Position numbers and translations under genes: made by a program. The notes under the pieces were generated by a model that saw only the letters and a program-made list of their open reading frames with translations, was not told where the DNA came from and searched no databases. From the NCBI RefSeq assembly GCF_001457595.1, contig NZ_LN831039.1, positions 4,440,001 to 4,472,000 on the forward strand: a stretch of DNA of 32,000 bases, read 5' to 3'. The stretch is from Mycolicibacterium smegmatis (GTDB lineage Bacteria; Actinomycetota; Actinomycetes; Mycobacteriales; Mycobacteriaceae). Shown one piece after another: positions 9,755 to 19,466 of the stretch. Position 1 is the stretch's first letter, and each line of letters begins with the position of its first letter.

Positions 9755-10573
9755 TCAGCCTCCCGGCACCACCAGCACGGGCCGGAATGTGCGCTGCAGT
9801 GTGGCTCCCGCGACGCTGCCGAGCAGGACCTTCTTGAGCGCCGACCGGCCCCGCGACCCGACCACGATTGCCGCGGCGCGCTGTTCGTCGGCGAACGCGA
9901 CCAGTGCGTCGGCCGTGGCGCCCGCACCGGACCCGCGGAACCGCTTCACGTGGTGCGTGGCGTCTACGCCCTCGGCGTCGCCGTCGTCCACCGCGGCCGA
10001 AACCACGGTGCGCGTGGGGAACAACTGCTCGGCGGCCTTGATCGCGCGGTCGGCGCCGGCCGACCCGTCGACGCCCACCACCACTGGGCCGTCCACCACG
10101 GCCTGGTGTTCGGCCGAGAGCATGTGCTGGGAGACCACGAGCACCGGACGCGGCGCGTGGTGCACGACGAGATCGGACACGCTGCCGATCTTCGACTCGG
10201 ATGCGCCGATACCGCGGGCACCCACGACCATCACGTCGGGTTGCAGTTCCTCGCCGACCTGCGCCAGCCCGAGACCCTCCCCGGCCCAGGTCCGTTTGAC
10301 CAGAGGCTCGGCGGTCCACCCGGCCGCGCGCGCCAACGTCACCCCCAGGTCGACCAGGCGCGCCGACTCCCCTTCGCTCTCCCGGTCCACGAGGTCGATC
10401 AACTCGTCGACGTTGCGCGCCGAATGGCGCAACCGGGCGCGCAACCCCCTGCTGCCGAACGGCGGTGTGGACAGGTACACGATCACCGCCTCCGCGGCGG
10501 GGAACAACTCGCTGGAAGTCCTGATCGCGCTGTTGGCTGACAGGGACCCGTCGTAGCCGACCACAATCTTCAT
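9755..10573 (-). CDS. Universal stress protein, tandem UspA domains
   Basis: 272 aa MKIVVGYDGSLSANSAIRTS... with a second domain VLVVPG ending and G-x2-G-x9-G-(S/T) type motifs (VVGARGIGASESKIGSVSDLV; VVGSRGRSALKKVLLGSVAGA). Confidence 0.93.
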   Translation of the reverse strand: MKIVVGYDGSLSANSAIRTSSELFPAAEAVIVYLSTPPFGSRGLRARLRHSARNVDELIDLVDRESEGESARLVDLGVTLARAAGWTAEPLVKRTWAGEGLGLAQVGEELQPDVMVVGARGIGASESKIGSVSDLVVHHAPRPVLVVSQHMLSAEHQAVVDGPVVVGVDGSAGADRAIKAAEQLFPTRTVVSAAVDDGDAEGVDATHHVKRFRGSGAGATADALVAFADEQRAAAIVVGSRGRSALKKVLLGSVAGATLQRTFRPVLVVPGG

Positions 10574-10757
10574 GCGCGTCCTCTTCCGTCGATCCGTTGC
10601 GTCCAGCCTAAATCGTCGGCAACTTCGCCTGTGGGGTTATGCCCGCCCGCAGCAAAAGCGAACGGATGCTCACAACATCAGACCCGACCATCCGCGGGAC
10701 CGCCGAATCTCTCGGGGCGACAACATGTCGAGCCGATCAGGCCGCGATCAGGCACCA

Positions 10758-11333
10758 TCAGACGAAGAGCCCGGCCATCTTCGCGGTGTCGTAATAGCCG
10801 ATGACGTCCACGATCTGGTCTCCGGCGACGCGCATGACCCAGCAATACTGCATGCTGGCGTCGGAGCCGTTGGTGCCGTGGACTCCCTCGGTATGGAAAC
10901 GCACCGCCGCCCAGTCGCCGTCGACGATCATCTGATCGAGTTGGGGACGCATGGGCGTCGCGAGGTGATCATGGAGCCGGCTCAACACCTTCTCGCGGTA
11001 CTCGGTTTTGCCGTGGTACTGCCCGGCCACCGGCGAGGTACCGGTCGCGGTGAAGGTGACGTCATCGGACAGTCGGTCCAGGAAGGTCTCGCCGAACCCG
11101 GTCTGTGAAGTCGTCGCGAACACGTCCTCCAGGACGGCCCTGGTATGGGCGCCAGGCTGCTCCGGCGGCGTCTCGTTTGCGCAACCTGAGAGAGCGAGGG
11201 CGCCCGCCGCCAGCACAGCGACAGCTGGCGGGACCCTGCCGGCGGTTGCACGAACCAGTCCGGCGTTGATCCTCCGGGCATCCCGGCTCGATGGGTTGCC
11301 CCGTGAAAATCTTTGTAGGCCCGGCACTCTCAT
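10758..11333 (-). CDS. Lipoprotein with SnoaL/NTF2-like domain
   Basis: ORF 10758..11384; probable start at 11333 (MRVPGLQRFSRGN) or an internal alternative. Lipobox ALSGC followed by TGTSPVAGQYHGKTEYREKVLSRL...IVDVIGYYDTAKMAGLFV, typical of SnoaL-like domains. Exact start uncertain. Confidence 0.7.
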   Translation of the reverse strand: MRVPGLQRFSRGNPSSRDARRINAGLVRATAGRVPPAVAVLAAGALALSGCANETPPEQPGAHTRAVLEDVFATTSQTGFGETFLDRLSDDVTFTATGTSPVAGQYHGKTEYREKVLSRLHDHLATPMRPQLDQMIVDGDWAAVRFHTEGVHGTNGSDASMQYCWVMRVAGDQIVDVIGYYDTAKMAGLFV

Positions 11334-11591
11334 CACCACTCCTGGACTCGACAATTCCAACCGACAAGTTGGAGTGTGGCACACGTCTCACCAAACAACA
11401 ACTGGCCAGTTGGAATTTTTTCGATCGCCCACGGTTCCCAGACTGACGAGCGGGCAGGGCCTCGGCCGTCGCCGAGGGTTCGCCTGTTCCGGCCGGGTTC
11501 AGCAACTCATGACACTTTGTCGCGGCAATCGCAAAACCTTTGCCGTCGGCCTGCGATACTTCTCGTCGGCCGACGACAAAGGGGTTGCGTG

Positions 11592-13764
11592 AATGGGATC
11601 GACGACAGGCGGCGCCGCGTACGTGGGGCGCATCGGAGCACTGGCTGTGGCACTGGGCATCGGCGCAGCACTGACCACCGGAACCGGTGTGGCATGGGCC
11701 GACGATTCGGGCGCGTCCGGGGGCTCGACGTCCTCGTCGTCTTCGGCTTCTGATTCCTCTTCGTCGTCTGCCGGCGGCAGCTCCGGCTCCGCATCGGGAG
11801 GCGCCGACGCGGCGAAGCCCCGCAAACCCGGAGTGACCAAGCCGCGGATCCAACCGACGGGCAAGATCGCCGAATCTCTCAAGAAGACCGCCAAGGCCGT
11901 CGAGGGCGCGGTCGCCGACGCGCACAAACGCGCCCAGCAGTCGGCCGCGCAGCAGGCCGAGAAGCGGGCCGAACGGCGCGCCAAGCTGCGGGCGCAGATC
12001 CGTCCAGGCAAGGACACCGACAAGCAGGCCCCCGAGAAACAGGCCGGGAACGAGGCGAAGAACGCCGCCCAACCCGCCACCAAGACGCAGCGGCAGCTCC
12101 CGGCGGCGCCGGCCGTGAAGGTGCCCGACGTGATCACCTCGGTGCGGGCACGGTCCGACGAGGTGGCCAGGGAGATCACCACCGGCGTCACCGGTATCCG
12201 GACCGCCATCGAGAACGCGGCCCCGAGGATCGCACTGCCGGACCTGCGGCCCACGACCAACCTCGCACGCCCGGTGACACCCGTGGCGCTCAAAGCCGCC
12301 CAGCCCGTCCAGGTTTCGCCGCCGCGGCCGACAATCACCGGTCTGGTGCGTGGATTGCTCACCGCCGCAGCAGGTTTCTCGCCGCGGGCTGCCACCGCAC
12401 CGGTGGCTCCGGCCCCCTCGCCTGCCGCATGGGCGTTGCTTGCGTTCGCGCGCCGCGAGTTCGAGCGGGCGTTCACCCCGGGAGCCGCCACCGCGCTCGC
12501 CGCGCCCGCGATCACCACGTCGGCCGTCACATCGGCAGCCGTGGTGAATCCGCTTCCGGGCCGGTTGGACTCGGTGCCGGTGGGTTGGGTGACAGGGGTG
12601 TCCAACCCGAGCGGCAACTGGCCGCAGACCAACAACACCGCGGGCTTCGACATCTGGGGCACCGATCTGGGCATCATGTGGGACGGCGGTGAGTGGAACG
12701 GGCAGCGGTTCGTCCACACGGCGTTCGGCGACACGTTCAGCGGACCCAACATGAGCGGGTGGTGGCGCTCCAACGTCCTGCTGATCAGCACCGACAACGT
12801 CCTGAGCGACGGACTGGGCCTGGTGCAGACCGGAACGGCATACCAGTTCATCCCGGCGTCGGGCCGAAACCTGTTCGGGCTCTTCGGCGGTTCGGAGGTC
12901 ACCGTCATCCCGACCGCGGGAGTGCAGATCGACGGCACGCAGTACGTCAACTACATGTCGGTGCGCTCGTGGGACACCCCGGGCCGCTGGACCACCAACT
13001 TCTCGGCGATCTCGGTGTACGACCCGAGCACCGACACGTGGGTGCTCGCGCCGTCGACCATCCGCTCGGCGGGGTGGTTCCGCTCCAGCACGCTGTATGT
13101 GCCCGGCAGCCAGAACTTCCAGCAGGCCGCCTATGTCCTGCAGCCCGAGGATCAGGTGGGTGAGGACGGTATCCGCTACCTGTATGCGTTCGGAACCCCC
13201 TCGGGCCGTGCCGGATCGGCGTATCTGTCACGCGTGCCCGAGGACGCGGTGACCGACCTGTCGAAGTACGAGTACTGGGACGGCAACCGGTGGGTCACCG
13301 GCAACGCCGCGGTGGCCGCGCCGGTCATCGGCGACTCGACGCGCTCGACGGGCCTGTTCGGCTTCATCGTCGACTGGGCCAACGACCCGAACGTGCTGGG
13401 CGGTTATCTGGGCGGCCTGGTGGGCGCCAAGACCGGCGGCAATGTCAGTGAGTTGTCGGTGCAGTACAACGAATACCTCGGCAAGTACGTGGTGCTCTAC
13501 GGTGACGGCAACAACAACATCCAGATGCGCATCGCCGACCGGCCCGAGGGCCCGTGGTCGGATCCGATCGAGCTCGCCAGTTCGGCCGACTACCCGGGCC
13601 TGTATGCGCCGATGATCCATCCGTGGTCGGGCACCGGGATGCTCGAAGACGACAACGGCGACCCGGATGTGAACAACCTGTACTGGAACATGTCGCTGTG
13701 GGGCGACTACAACGTGGTGCTCATGCAGACCGACCTGTCGGGCCTGAAAACCGTTGCGGTGTGA
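11592..13764 (+). CDS. Large secreted DUF4185 domain-containing protein with Ser-rich and basic Ala/Lys-rich linker
   Basis: 723 aa ORF given as 11593..13764, with its start codon at about 11592-11593 (MGSTTGGAAYVGRIGALAVALGIGAALTTGTGVAWADD). Ser-rich stretch, basic segment, C-terminal DUF4185 domain with DLGIMWDGGEWNGQRFVHTAFGDTF and GSEVTVIPTAG. Confidence 0.85.
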
Positions 13765-13765
13765 A

Positions 13766-15343
13766 CTATTTCGAGCCGTACTCCTCGGGCGGCTCGGACG
13801 AGTCGACGTGGCCGTTGCTCATGATGGTCAACCCCTCGGGTGATACCTCGTAGCGCGCCCCGTCGGCGGGGTTGACCGCGACGTAGCCGTCGCCCGAACG
13901 CTGGGCGTCGTCGATCTTGAGGTTGGCGCCGTCGCGCAGGCGCTCGCCGCGGTAGTAGTAGCCGCCGGAGTCACGCTCGCAGATGATCGCCAGCGAGGTC
14001 GCCGTGCGGATCAGCGCGGCGGGCGTCGCGTCCGAGTCGCACCGCGCGGTATGCCCGACGAAACCCTGCTCGTCGGTGCCGCTGACGTTCGCGGTGGCCG
14101 ACCGGTTGGACGTCGTGGTGGTCGTCGATTCCGAAGTCGAGGTCGCGCCCTCGGGCGGCGTGATTCCCGTGTTGCCGGTGGAGGCGTTGTCATCACCGCC
14201 CACGAGCATCGTCGCGAGCACCGCGGCGACGCCGAACAGCACCACCGTCGCCACGACGAGCATCATCTGCGTGCGGGTGAACCGTTTCTTGCCCGGCGTC
14301 CGCACGGCGGGAGCCGCAACAGCGGCCGGGGCCGGCGGCGTCGGGGTTCTGCGTGGCGGCGCGGGCACCGACGGGTAGGCCGGCGGGTACGGCGTGAACC
14401 CGGTGTGTTCGGGGTTGGGGTACAACTCGGAGAACTGCCGCGTCGGAGTCGGCGGGCGTCCCGGTGCCTGCGGCGGGGCGGGCTTCGACGGCGGAGCCTC
14501 GCCGGCCGCGGCAGCCGACACCGCGCGCGCCAGTTCCCCGGCCGTGGCGTAGCGCGCGGCCGGGTCCTTGGCCATCGCCGTCGCGATCACCTCGTCGAAC
14601 GCACGCGGGACGCCGCGGCGCATGATGCTGGGCCGCGGCGGCGCGGAGAACATGTGCGCGCTCATCAACTGCCGCAGATCGCCCGCCTCGTACGGCGGCC
14701 TGCCGATCAGTGACTCGTAGACCAGGCAGGCCAGCGCGTAGATGTCGGCGGGCGGGCCGACGGTCTCGCCGGAGAACCGCTCGGGTGCCATGTAGGCGCT
14801 GGAGCCGATCAGCATGCCGGTCATCGTGACGCTGGCCTCACCGCCCACATGGGCGATGCCGAAGTCGACGAGGTAGGCGAAGTCGTCGCCCGTGAGCAGC
14901 ACGTTCTCGGGTTTGATGTCGCGGTGCACCAGGCCGTCGGCGTGCGCGGCGTCCAGCGCCGAGGCCACCTGCGCCACGATCGACGCCGTGCGGCGCGGAT
15001 CGAGCGGGCCGTCGGTGCGCAGGATGTCCTTGAGGCTCGCGCCCTCGACCAGCCGCATGTCGATGTAGAGCACACCGTCGATGTCGCCGAAGTCGTGCAC
15101 CGGGATGACGTGCGGTTCCTGCAGGCGCGCGGCCACCCGGGATTCGCGGCGGAACCGCTCCTGGAAGCGCGGGTCGGCCGCGAACTCGGCCCGAAGGAGT
15201 TTGACCGCGACCTCACGCCCCTTCACCGTGTCGTAGGCGCGGTAGACCTCCCCCATGCCGCCGACACCGATCAGCGACCGCAGTTCGTACGGCCCGAACC
15301 GGGTGCCGAGGCGGGAGGCGCCGTTGGAGGCCATCGGGGTCAT
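13766..15343 (-). CDS. Transmembrane serine/threonine protein kinase (Pkn family)
   Basis: 525 aa; Hanks motifs GVGGMGEVYRAYD, VAVKLL, HRDIKPENVLL, DFGIAH, APERF; juxtamembrane Pro-rich region, TM MMLVVATVVLFGVAAVLATMLV, extracytoplasmic domain with two Cys. Confidence 0.95.
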   Translation of the reverse strand: MTPMASNGASRLGTRFGPYELRSLIGVGGMGEVYRAYDTVKGREVAVKLLRAEFAADPRFQERFRRESRVAARLQEPHVIPVHDFGDIDGVLYIDMRLVEGASLKDILRTDGPLDPRRTASIVAQVASALDAAHADGLVHRDIKPENVLLTGDDFAYLVDFGIAHVGGEASVTMTGMLIGSSAYMAPERFSGETVGPPADIYALACLVYESLIGRPPYEAGDLRQLMSAHMFSAPPRPSIMRRGVPRAFDEVIATAMAKDPAARYATAGELARAVSAAAAGEAPPSKPAPPQAPGRPPTPTRQFSELYPNPEHTGFTPYPPAYPSVPAPPRRTPTPPAPAAVAAPAVRTPGKKRFTRTQMMLVVATVVLFGVAAVLATMLVGGDDNASTGNTGITPPEGATSTSESTTTTTSNRSATANVSGTDEQGFVGHTARCDSDATPAALIRTATSLAIICERDSGGYYYRGERLRDGANLKIDDAQRSGDGYVAVNPADGARYEVSPEGLTIMSNGHVDSSEPPEEYGSK

Positions 15344-15469
15344 TCACGTCCTTTCGGCCGCCCGGACCGCACGGGACCACCATCCAGGCGGGCACGGCGA
15401 GCGGCGCAGTGGTCCCGGTGACGAGGATAGAGAAGACCCGTCCCCGGCCCCGGGACCACGTCGCGGACG

Positions 15470-16726
15470 TCAGTTGAACGACGAGTGCGGCGCGCCCATG
15501 CCCGGGTCGATCTTCACCGGCCCGGCTGCGGTGGGGGTCACCGGGAAGTCGAAGATCGCCGTCGGGATGTAGACCGTCGCGCACGCGTTCGGGATGTCCA
15601 CCACGCCCGAAAGCCTGCCCTCGATGGGAGCCGCGCCCAGCAACAGGTACGCCTGCTCGGGGCTGTACCCGAACTTGGTCAGGTAGTCGATGGCGTGCAG
15701 GCAGGCCCGCTGGTACGACAGGTGCGAGTCCAGGTAGCGCTGCTCGCCGTCGAGGGTCACCGAGGTGCCCGAGAACGCCAGCCACTCCGAGTACTGCGGA
15801 TCGGTGTTGCCCGGCATGAAGATCGCGTTCTCGCCGACGCCGTAGGTCTCCATGCCGCCGGGGATCACGTCGACACGCAGGTCGATGAAGCCGCCCATCT
15901 CGATGGCGCCGCAGAACGTGATCTCGCCGTCGCCCTGCGAGAAGTGCAGGTCACCGACCGACAGGTTCGCGCCGTCGACGAACACCGGATAGAACACCCG
16001 GCTGCCCTTGGTGAGGTTCTTGATGTCCTGGTTGCCGCCGTTCTCCCGCGGCGGTGCGGTGCGCGCGGCCTCGGCCGCGGCCTTGGTGAACGCGTCGCCG
16101 GTCAGCCCGCCGAGGATCGCGTCCTGCGGTTCGGGCGGCAGTGCCAGCGGCGGCACCCGCTCGGGGTCCGTGGCGATCAGCGCGGCCTCGCGGGCGTTCC
16201 ACTTGGCCAGCAGGCCCGCCGACGGCGCGGTGCCCATCAGACCCGGGTGCACGATGCCGGTGAACTCGACACCCGGGATGTGCCGCGACGTGGCCTTCTG
16301 ACCCGAGAAGTCCCAGATCGCCTTGTAGGCGTCGGGGAACTGTTCGGTGAGGAAACCGCCGCCGTTCTGCGTCGGGAAGATGCCCGTGTAACCCCAGCCC
16401 TGGCCCGCGAGCGGTCCGGAATCCTCCTGCGGGATCGGGCCGACGTCGAGGATGTCGACGATCAGCAGGTCGCCGGGCTTGGCGCCCTCGACCGCGATCG
16501 GGCCGGACAGCACGTGCACGGTGGTCAACGGCGCGTTGAGGATGTCGTCGGCGGAATCGTCGTTGTGAATCGCGCCGTCGAACCACTCGCGGCAGTGCAC
16601 GCGGAACGAGTCACCTTTCTTGACCGTCACGGCCGGCGGGATGTCGGGATGCCACCGGTTGTGGCCCAGTTTCTCCTGCTCGGTGAACTTCTTGGTGGAG
16701 TCCAGGGGAAATACGACGTCAGGCAT
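15470..16726 (-). CDS. fmdA: Formamidase / acetamidase family (FmdA)
   Basis: 418 aa MPDVVFPLDSTKKFTEQEKLGHNRWHPDIPPAVTVKKGDSFRVHCREWFDG...HPGLMGTAPS..., matches the FmdA/AmdA family; adjacent to an FmdB-like gene. Confidence 0.88.
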   Translation of the reverse strand: MPDVVFPLDSTKKFTEQEKLGHNRWHPDIPPAVTVKKGDSFRVHCREWFDGAIHNDDSADDILNAPLTTVHVLSGPIAVEGAKPGDLLIVDILDVGPIPQEDSGPLAGQGWGYTGIFPTQNGGGFLTEQFPDAYKAIWDFSGQKATSRHIPGVEFTGIVHPGLMGTAPSAGLLAKWNAREAALIATDPERVPPLALPPEPQDAILGGLTGDAFTKAAAEAARTAPPRENGGNQDIKNLTKGSRVFYPVFVDGANLSVGDLHFSQGDGEITFCGAIEMGGFIDLRVDVIPGGMETYGVGENAIFMPGNTDPQYSEWLAFSGTSVTLDGEQRYLDSHLSYQRACLHAIDYLTKFGYSPEQAYLLLGAAPIEGRLSGVVDIPNACATVYIPTAIFDFPVTPTAAGPVKIDPGMGAPHSSFN

Positions 16727-16747
16727 GTGTTCTCCTTGTCGGGACTG

Positions 16748-17035
16748 CTAGGGGCGGGGCAGCTTCTGGTGAAGCGGGTTGGTGGTGACCTTCTGTTTCT
16801 GTCGCCGCGTCCCCGGCGAGGGAGACGAGACGACGGCCGGGCGGTCCGCGGTGGCTCGGGTGGCGTCCTGCAACGCCATGCCGACCCCACCGCGCCCGAT
16901 GTTGGGGGCCGAGATCAGTCGCCGCGCCGCACCGTTGCAGCTTGGGCACTCGATCACGTCGGGACGAGAACTCATCGAATACAGCTGCTTGGTGGTGCCG
17001 CAGCCGGACTCACACCGAAATACGTAGAGAACCAA
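16748..17035 (-). CDS. fmdB: FmdB family zinc-ribbon regulatory protein
   Basis: 95 aa, probable TTG start; MVLYVFRCESGCGTTKQLYSMSSRPDVIECPSCNGAARRLISAP with CxxxC and CxxC; immediately upstream of fmdA. Confidence 0.8.
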   Translation of the reverse strand: MVLYVFRCESGCGTTKQLYSMSSRPDVIECPSCNGAARRLISAPNIGRGGVGMALQDATRATADRPAVVSSPSPGTRRQKQKVTTNPLHQKLPRP

Positions 17036-17180
17036 CAGGTTTCCTCGCTGTCCGATTGGGGTGAAGACACGGCCAACCTTACCGAGGAGTGCGGGTTCAG
17101 GCGCGGTAGTTGGATAACAAAACAGCCTCTACGGATCACGGTGTAGCGCCGCACAGGCTGTACACGGGGTGGCGGCGCGC

Positions 17181-18461
17181 TCAGCGCGACCGGCGCGTAC
17201 CGCTGGTCTGCCGAATCCCGTTGTGCCGCACCGCGTTGGGACCCGGACCGGGACCCGGGGTGGCCAGATCCCCTGCGACTCCGGCGGGTTTCGCGGCCTC
17301 GCCGCCTTGTTCGCGCATGCCCATGTTGCGCGCGGCCCACAGTGCGATGCGGAAGTTGACGCGGTCGGATTCGTCGAGCGGATTGGCGCCGGTGAGTTCG
17401 GCGATCTTTGCCAGCCGGTTCCGCAGCGTGTTGACATGCACGTAAAGCTGGGTCGCGGCGGCGTTGATGTCGTTGCGGGGCGCCAGGAACGCTTCCAGCG
17501 AGGACACCAGATAGGAGTTGTTGACCTTGTCGTGCTCGACCAGCGGCGCGATGAGGCGGTGTACGAACGGCACCAACCGCACCTTCGGGACGGCAGCCAG
17601 CAGACCGTCGAGGGTGGCGATCTCGTCGATGTGCACCGCGCGGCGCCACCGGGTGGCCTCGTGCAGGGCTTCGAGGGCCTCGGGGATGGCGTAGACCATC
17701 GCCGAGGCGTCGGGAGCGATCGCGACACCGCATGACAGCGGCGACGCGGCCAGCTCGGCGCGGAAGTTCTCGGTGTGCGCACACAGCGAGACGATGCGGT
17801 CGTCGTCGAGCAGCGCAACGGCGCCGCCGTGCTTGTCGACCAGGTCGTGGACGGCGGTGTGGGCGTCGGAGTTGAACGCGCACACCGCAACCGGTGCGCC
17901 GGCCAGTCCGCGTTCGGCCAGTGCGTTCTCCACCGGGCCGACGCCCAGGGTGCCCGCGACGAACCATCGCAGGATGGACCCGAGGTCACCCTCCCGCTTG
18001 CCGGCCTCGCGTTCGGCGGCGCGGTGGGCCTCGGCCCAGTCGACGATCCGCCGGAACGGGACGTCGGGCGGCAGGGTGAGCAGCGGGAGGTCGCGGTCCA
18101 GGCACGCCTGCACCAACGCGGCGGGCGGTTCGTCGAACAGGTCACCCAGACCCACCATCAGCGCGGTGACGCCGCGGTCGCTCAACGTCGCGACGTAGCG
18201 GCGGATGACGTCGTCGGGCTCCTGGGCCACGGGCACGCCGACGCTGAGGATCAACTCGCCGCCCGACAGGTACTGCGACGGATCGGCGAGTTCGGTCGGG
18301 TAGACATACCGGATCGGCCGGTCGCCATCACCGATCGGCGTGAGCGCCTCGACCTGCAGGCCGGACTGTGTCAGCAAAGCGTGCAGCCGGACGGTGCCGT
18401 CGTGGGGAGCAACGTCGATCCCCGCGGCGCCACCGTCGCTCGATGTCTCGCGCGACATCAA
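17181..18461 (-). CDS. PucR family transcriptional regulator
   Basis: 426 aa; PucR N-terminal-like domain (VRLHALLTQSGLQVEALTP...) and C-terminal HTH_30 (LEAFLAPRNDINAAATQLYVHVNTLRNRLAKIAELTG). Confidence 0.9.
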   Translation of the reverse strand: MMSRETSSDGGAAGIDVAPHDGTVRLHALLTQSGLQVEALTPIGDGDRPIRYVYPTELADPSQYLSGGELILSVGVPVAQEPDDVIRRYVATLSDRGVTALMVGLGDLFDEPPAALVQACLDRDLPLLTLPPDVPFRRIVDWAEAHRAAEREAGKREGDLGSILRWFVAGTLGVGPVENALAERGLAGAPVAVCAFNSDAHTAVHDLVDKHGGAVALLDDDRIVSLCAHTENFRAELAASPLSCGVAIAPDASAMVYAIPEALEALHEATRWRRAVHIDEIATLDGLLAAVPKVRLVPFVHRLIAPLVEHDKVNNSYLVSSLEAFLAPRNDINAAATQLYVHVNTLRNRLAKIAELTGANPLDESDRVNFRIALWAARNMGMREQGGEAAKPAGVAGDLATPGPGPGPNAVRHNGIRQTSGTRRSR

Positions 18462-18518
18462 CGACTCGCGACCATAACTGCACTCATGGCTGCGTAGTCT
18501 AGGACCACACCCCGTTCG

Positions 18519-19466
18519 CTATAGATCGAGTGTTAATTTCGCGTTTCCTAGAGCCCGCGAGACGCAAATCATCATCGTCGTGTTGGCCTGTCGTTCCTCA
18601 TCGGTCAGCAAATCATCGCGGTGATCAACCTCACCTGCGAGCACCTTGGTCTCGCACGTGCCGCAGAACCCCGCGGTGCACGAGTAGGGCGTCTCGGGCG
18701 CGACCGCGAGCACGGCGTCGAGCACGCTCGTGTCCTCCGGCACGGTCACCGTCACCCCGGTGCGGGCGAGTTCCACGTCGAACGCGCTGTCGTCGGCGGC
18801 GCCCTCGGCGGCCTCGCGGGCGCCCGCGCTGAACCGCTCGGTGTGCAGGAACACGTCGGGGTGCTCGGCGGCCAGGGACTGCACCGCGTCGAGCATCGGC
18901 GCGGGCCCGCAGCAGTACACGCGGGTGCCTGGTGCGCTTGCGGCGAAGGCCGTGGCAAGGTCGGGGATGCCGTGGGTGTCCTGCGGGAGCACCTCGACCT
19001 CGCCGAACCCCGCGAGCCGGTCCAAGAACGCCATCGACGCCCGTGTGCGACCGCCGTAGACGAGCCGGAACGGCACCTCCTCACCCGCGGCGCGCAGCGA
19101 CTCCATCATCGCGAGGATCGGCGTGATGCCGATGCCGCCCGCGATGAACAGGTACCGAGGCGCCTCGACGAGCTCGAAGTTGTTCTTCGGCTCCCCCACT
19201 TCGAGGATCTGCCCGATGCGCAACTGCTCGTGGATCTCTCGCGATCCGCCGCGGCCGTCGGCGACCAGCAGGACCGCGACGGTGTAGGAGTACGGATCGT
19301 CGAGCGCACCGCACAGCGAGTACTGCCGCACCCGCCCCGACGGCAGCGTGATCGGCAGGTGCGCACCGGCTGCCCACGCGGGCAGCCGGTGGCCGTCAGG
19401 GTCACGCAGTGTCACCGAGATGACACCCGCGGCCTCCAGGCGCAGTTGTGTGACCTGGAGTTTCAT
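18519..19466 (-). CDS. PDR/VanB-type ferredoxin reductase (flavin, NAD, 2Fe-2S)
   Basis: 315 aa; RQYSLCG flavin-binding motif, GGIGITPILAM, C-terminal plant-type [2Fe-2S] YSCTAGFCGTCETKVL...MMICVSRA. Confidence 0.93.
   Translation of the reverse strand: MKLQVTQLRLEAAGVISVTLRDPDGHRLPAWAAGAHLPITLPSGRVRQYSLCGALDDPYSYTVAVLLVADGRGGSREIHEQLRIGQILEVGEPKNNFELVEAPRYLFIAGGIGITPILAMMESLRAAGEEVPFRLVYGGRTRASMAFLDRLAGFGEVEVLPQDTHGIPDLATAFAASAPGTRVYCCGPAPMLDAVQSLAAEHPDVFLHTERFSAGAREAAEGAADDSAFDVELARTGVTVTVPEDTSVLDAVLAVAPETPYSCTAGFCGTCETKVLAGEVDHRDDLLTDEERQANTTMMICVSRALGNAKLTLDL

Noticed and set aside
10572-11108. 178-aa plus-strand ORF between the stress protein and the lipoprotein
   Set aside because: Overlaps the lipoprotein coding region in antisense, lacks a clear RBS and domain.
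11499-12950. 483-aa minus-strand ORF, and the 551-aa ORF at 11062-12717, opposite the large DUF4185 gene
   Set aside because: Both overlap the coding sequence of a protein with a signal peptide and conserved domain; no motifs of their own.
15485-17146. 553-aa plus-strand ORF opposite fmdA and fmdB
   Set aside because: Antisense GC artefact; no recognisable domain and composition is Arg/Gly/Val/His biased.
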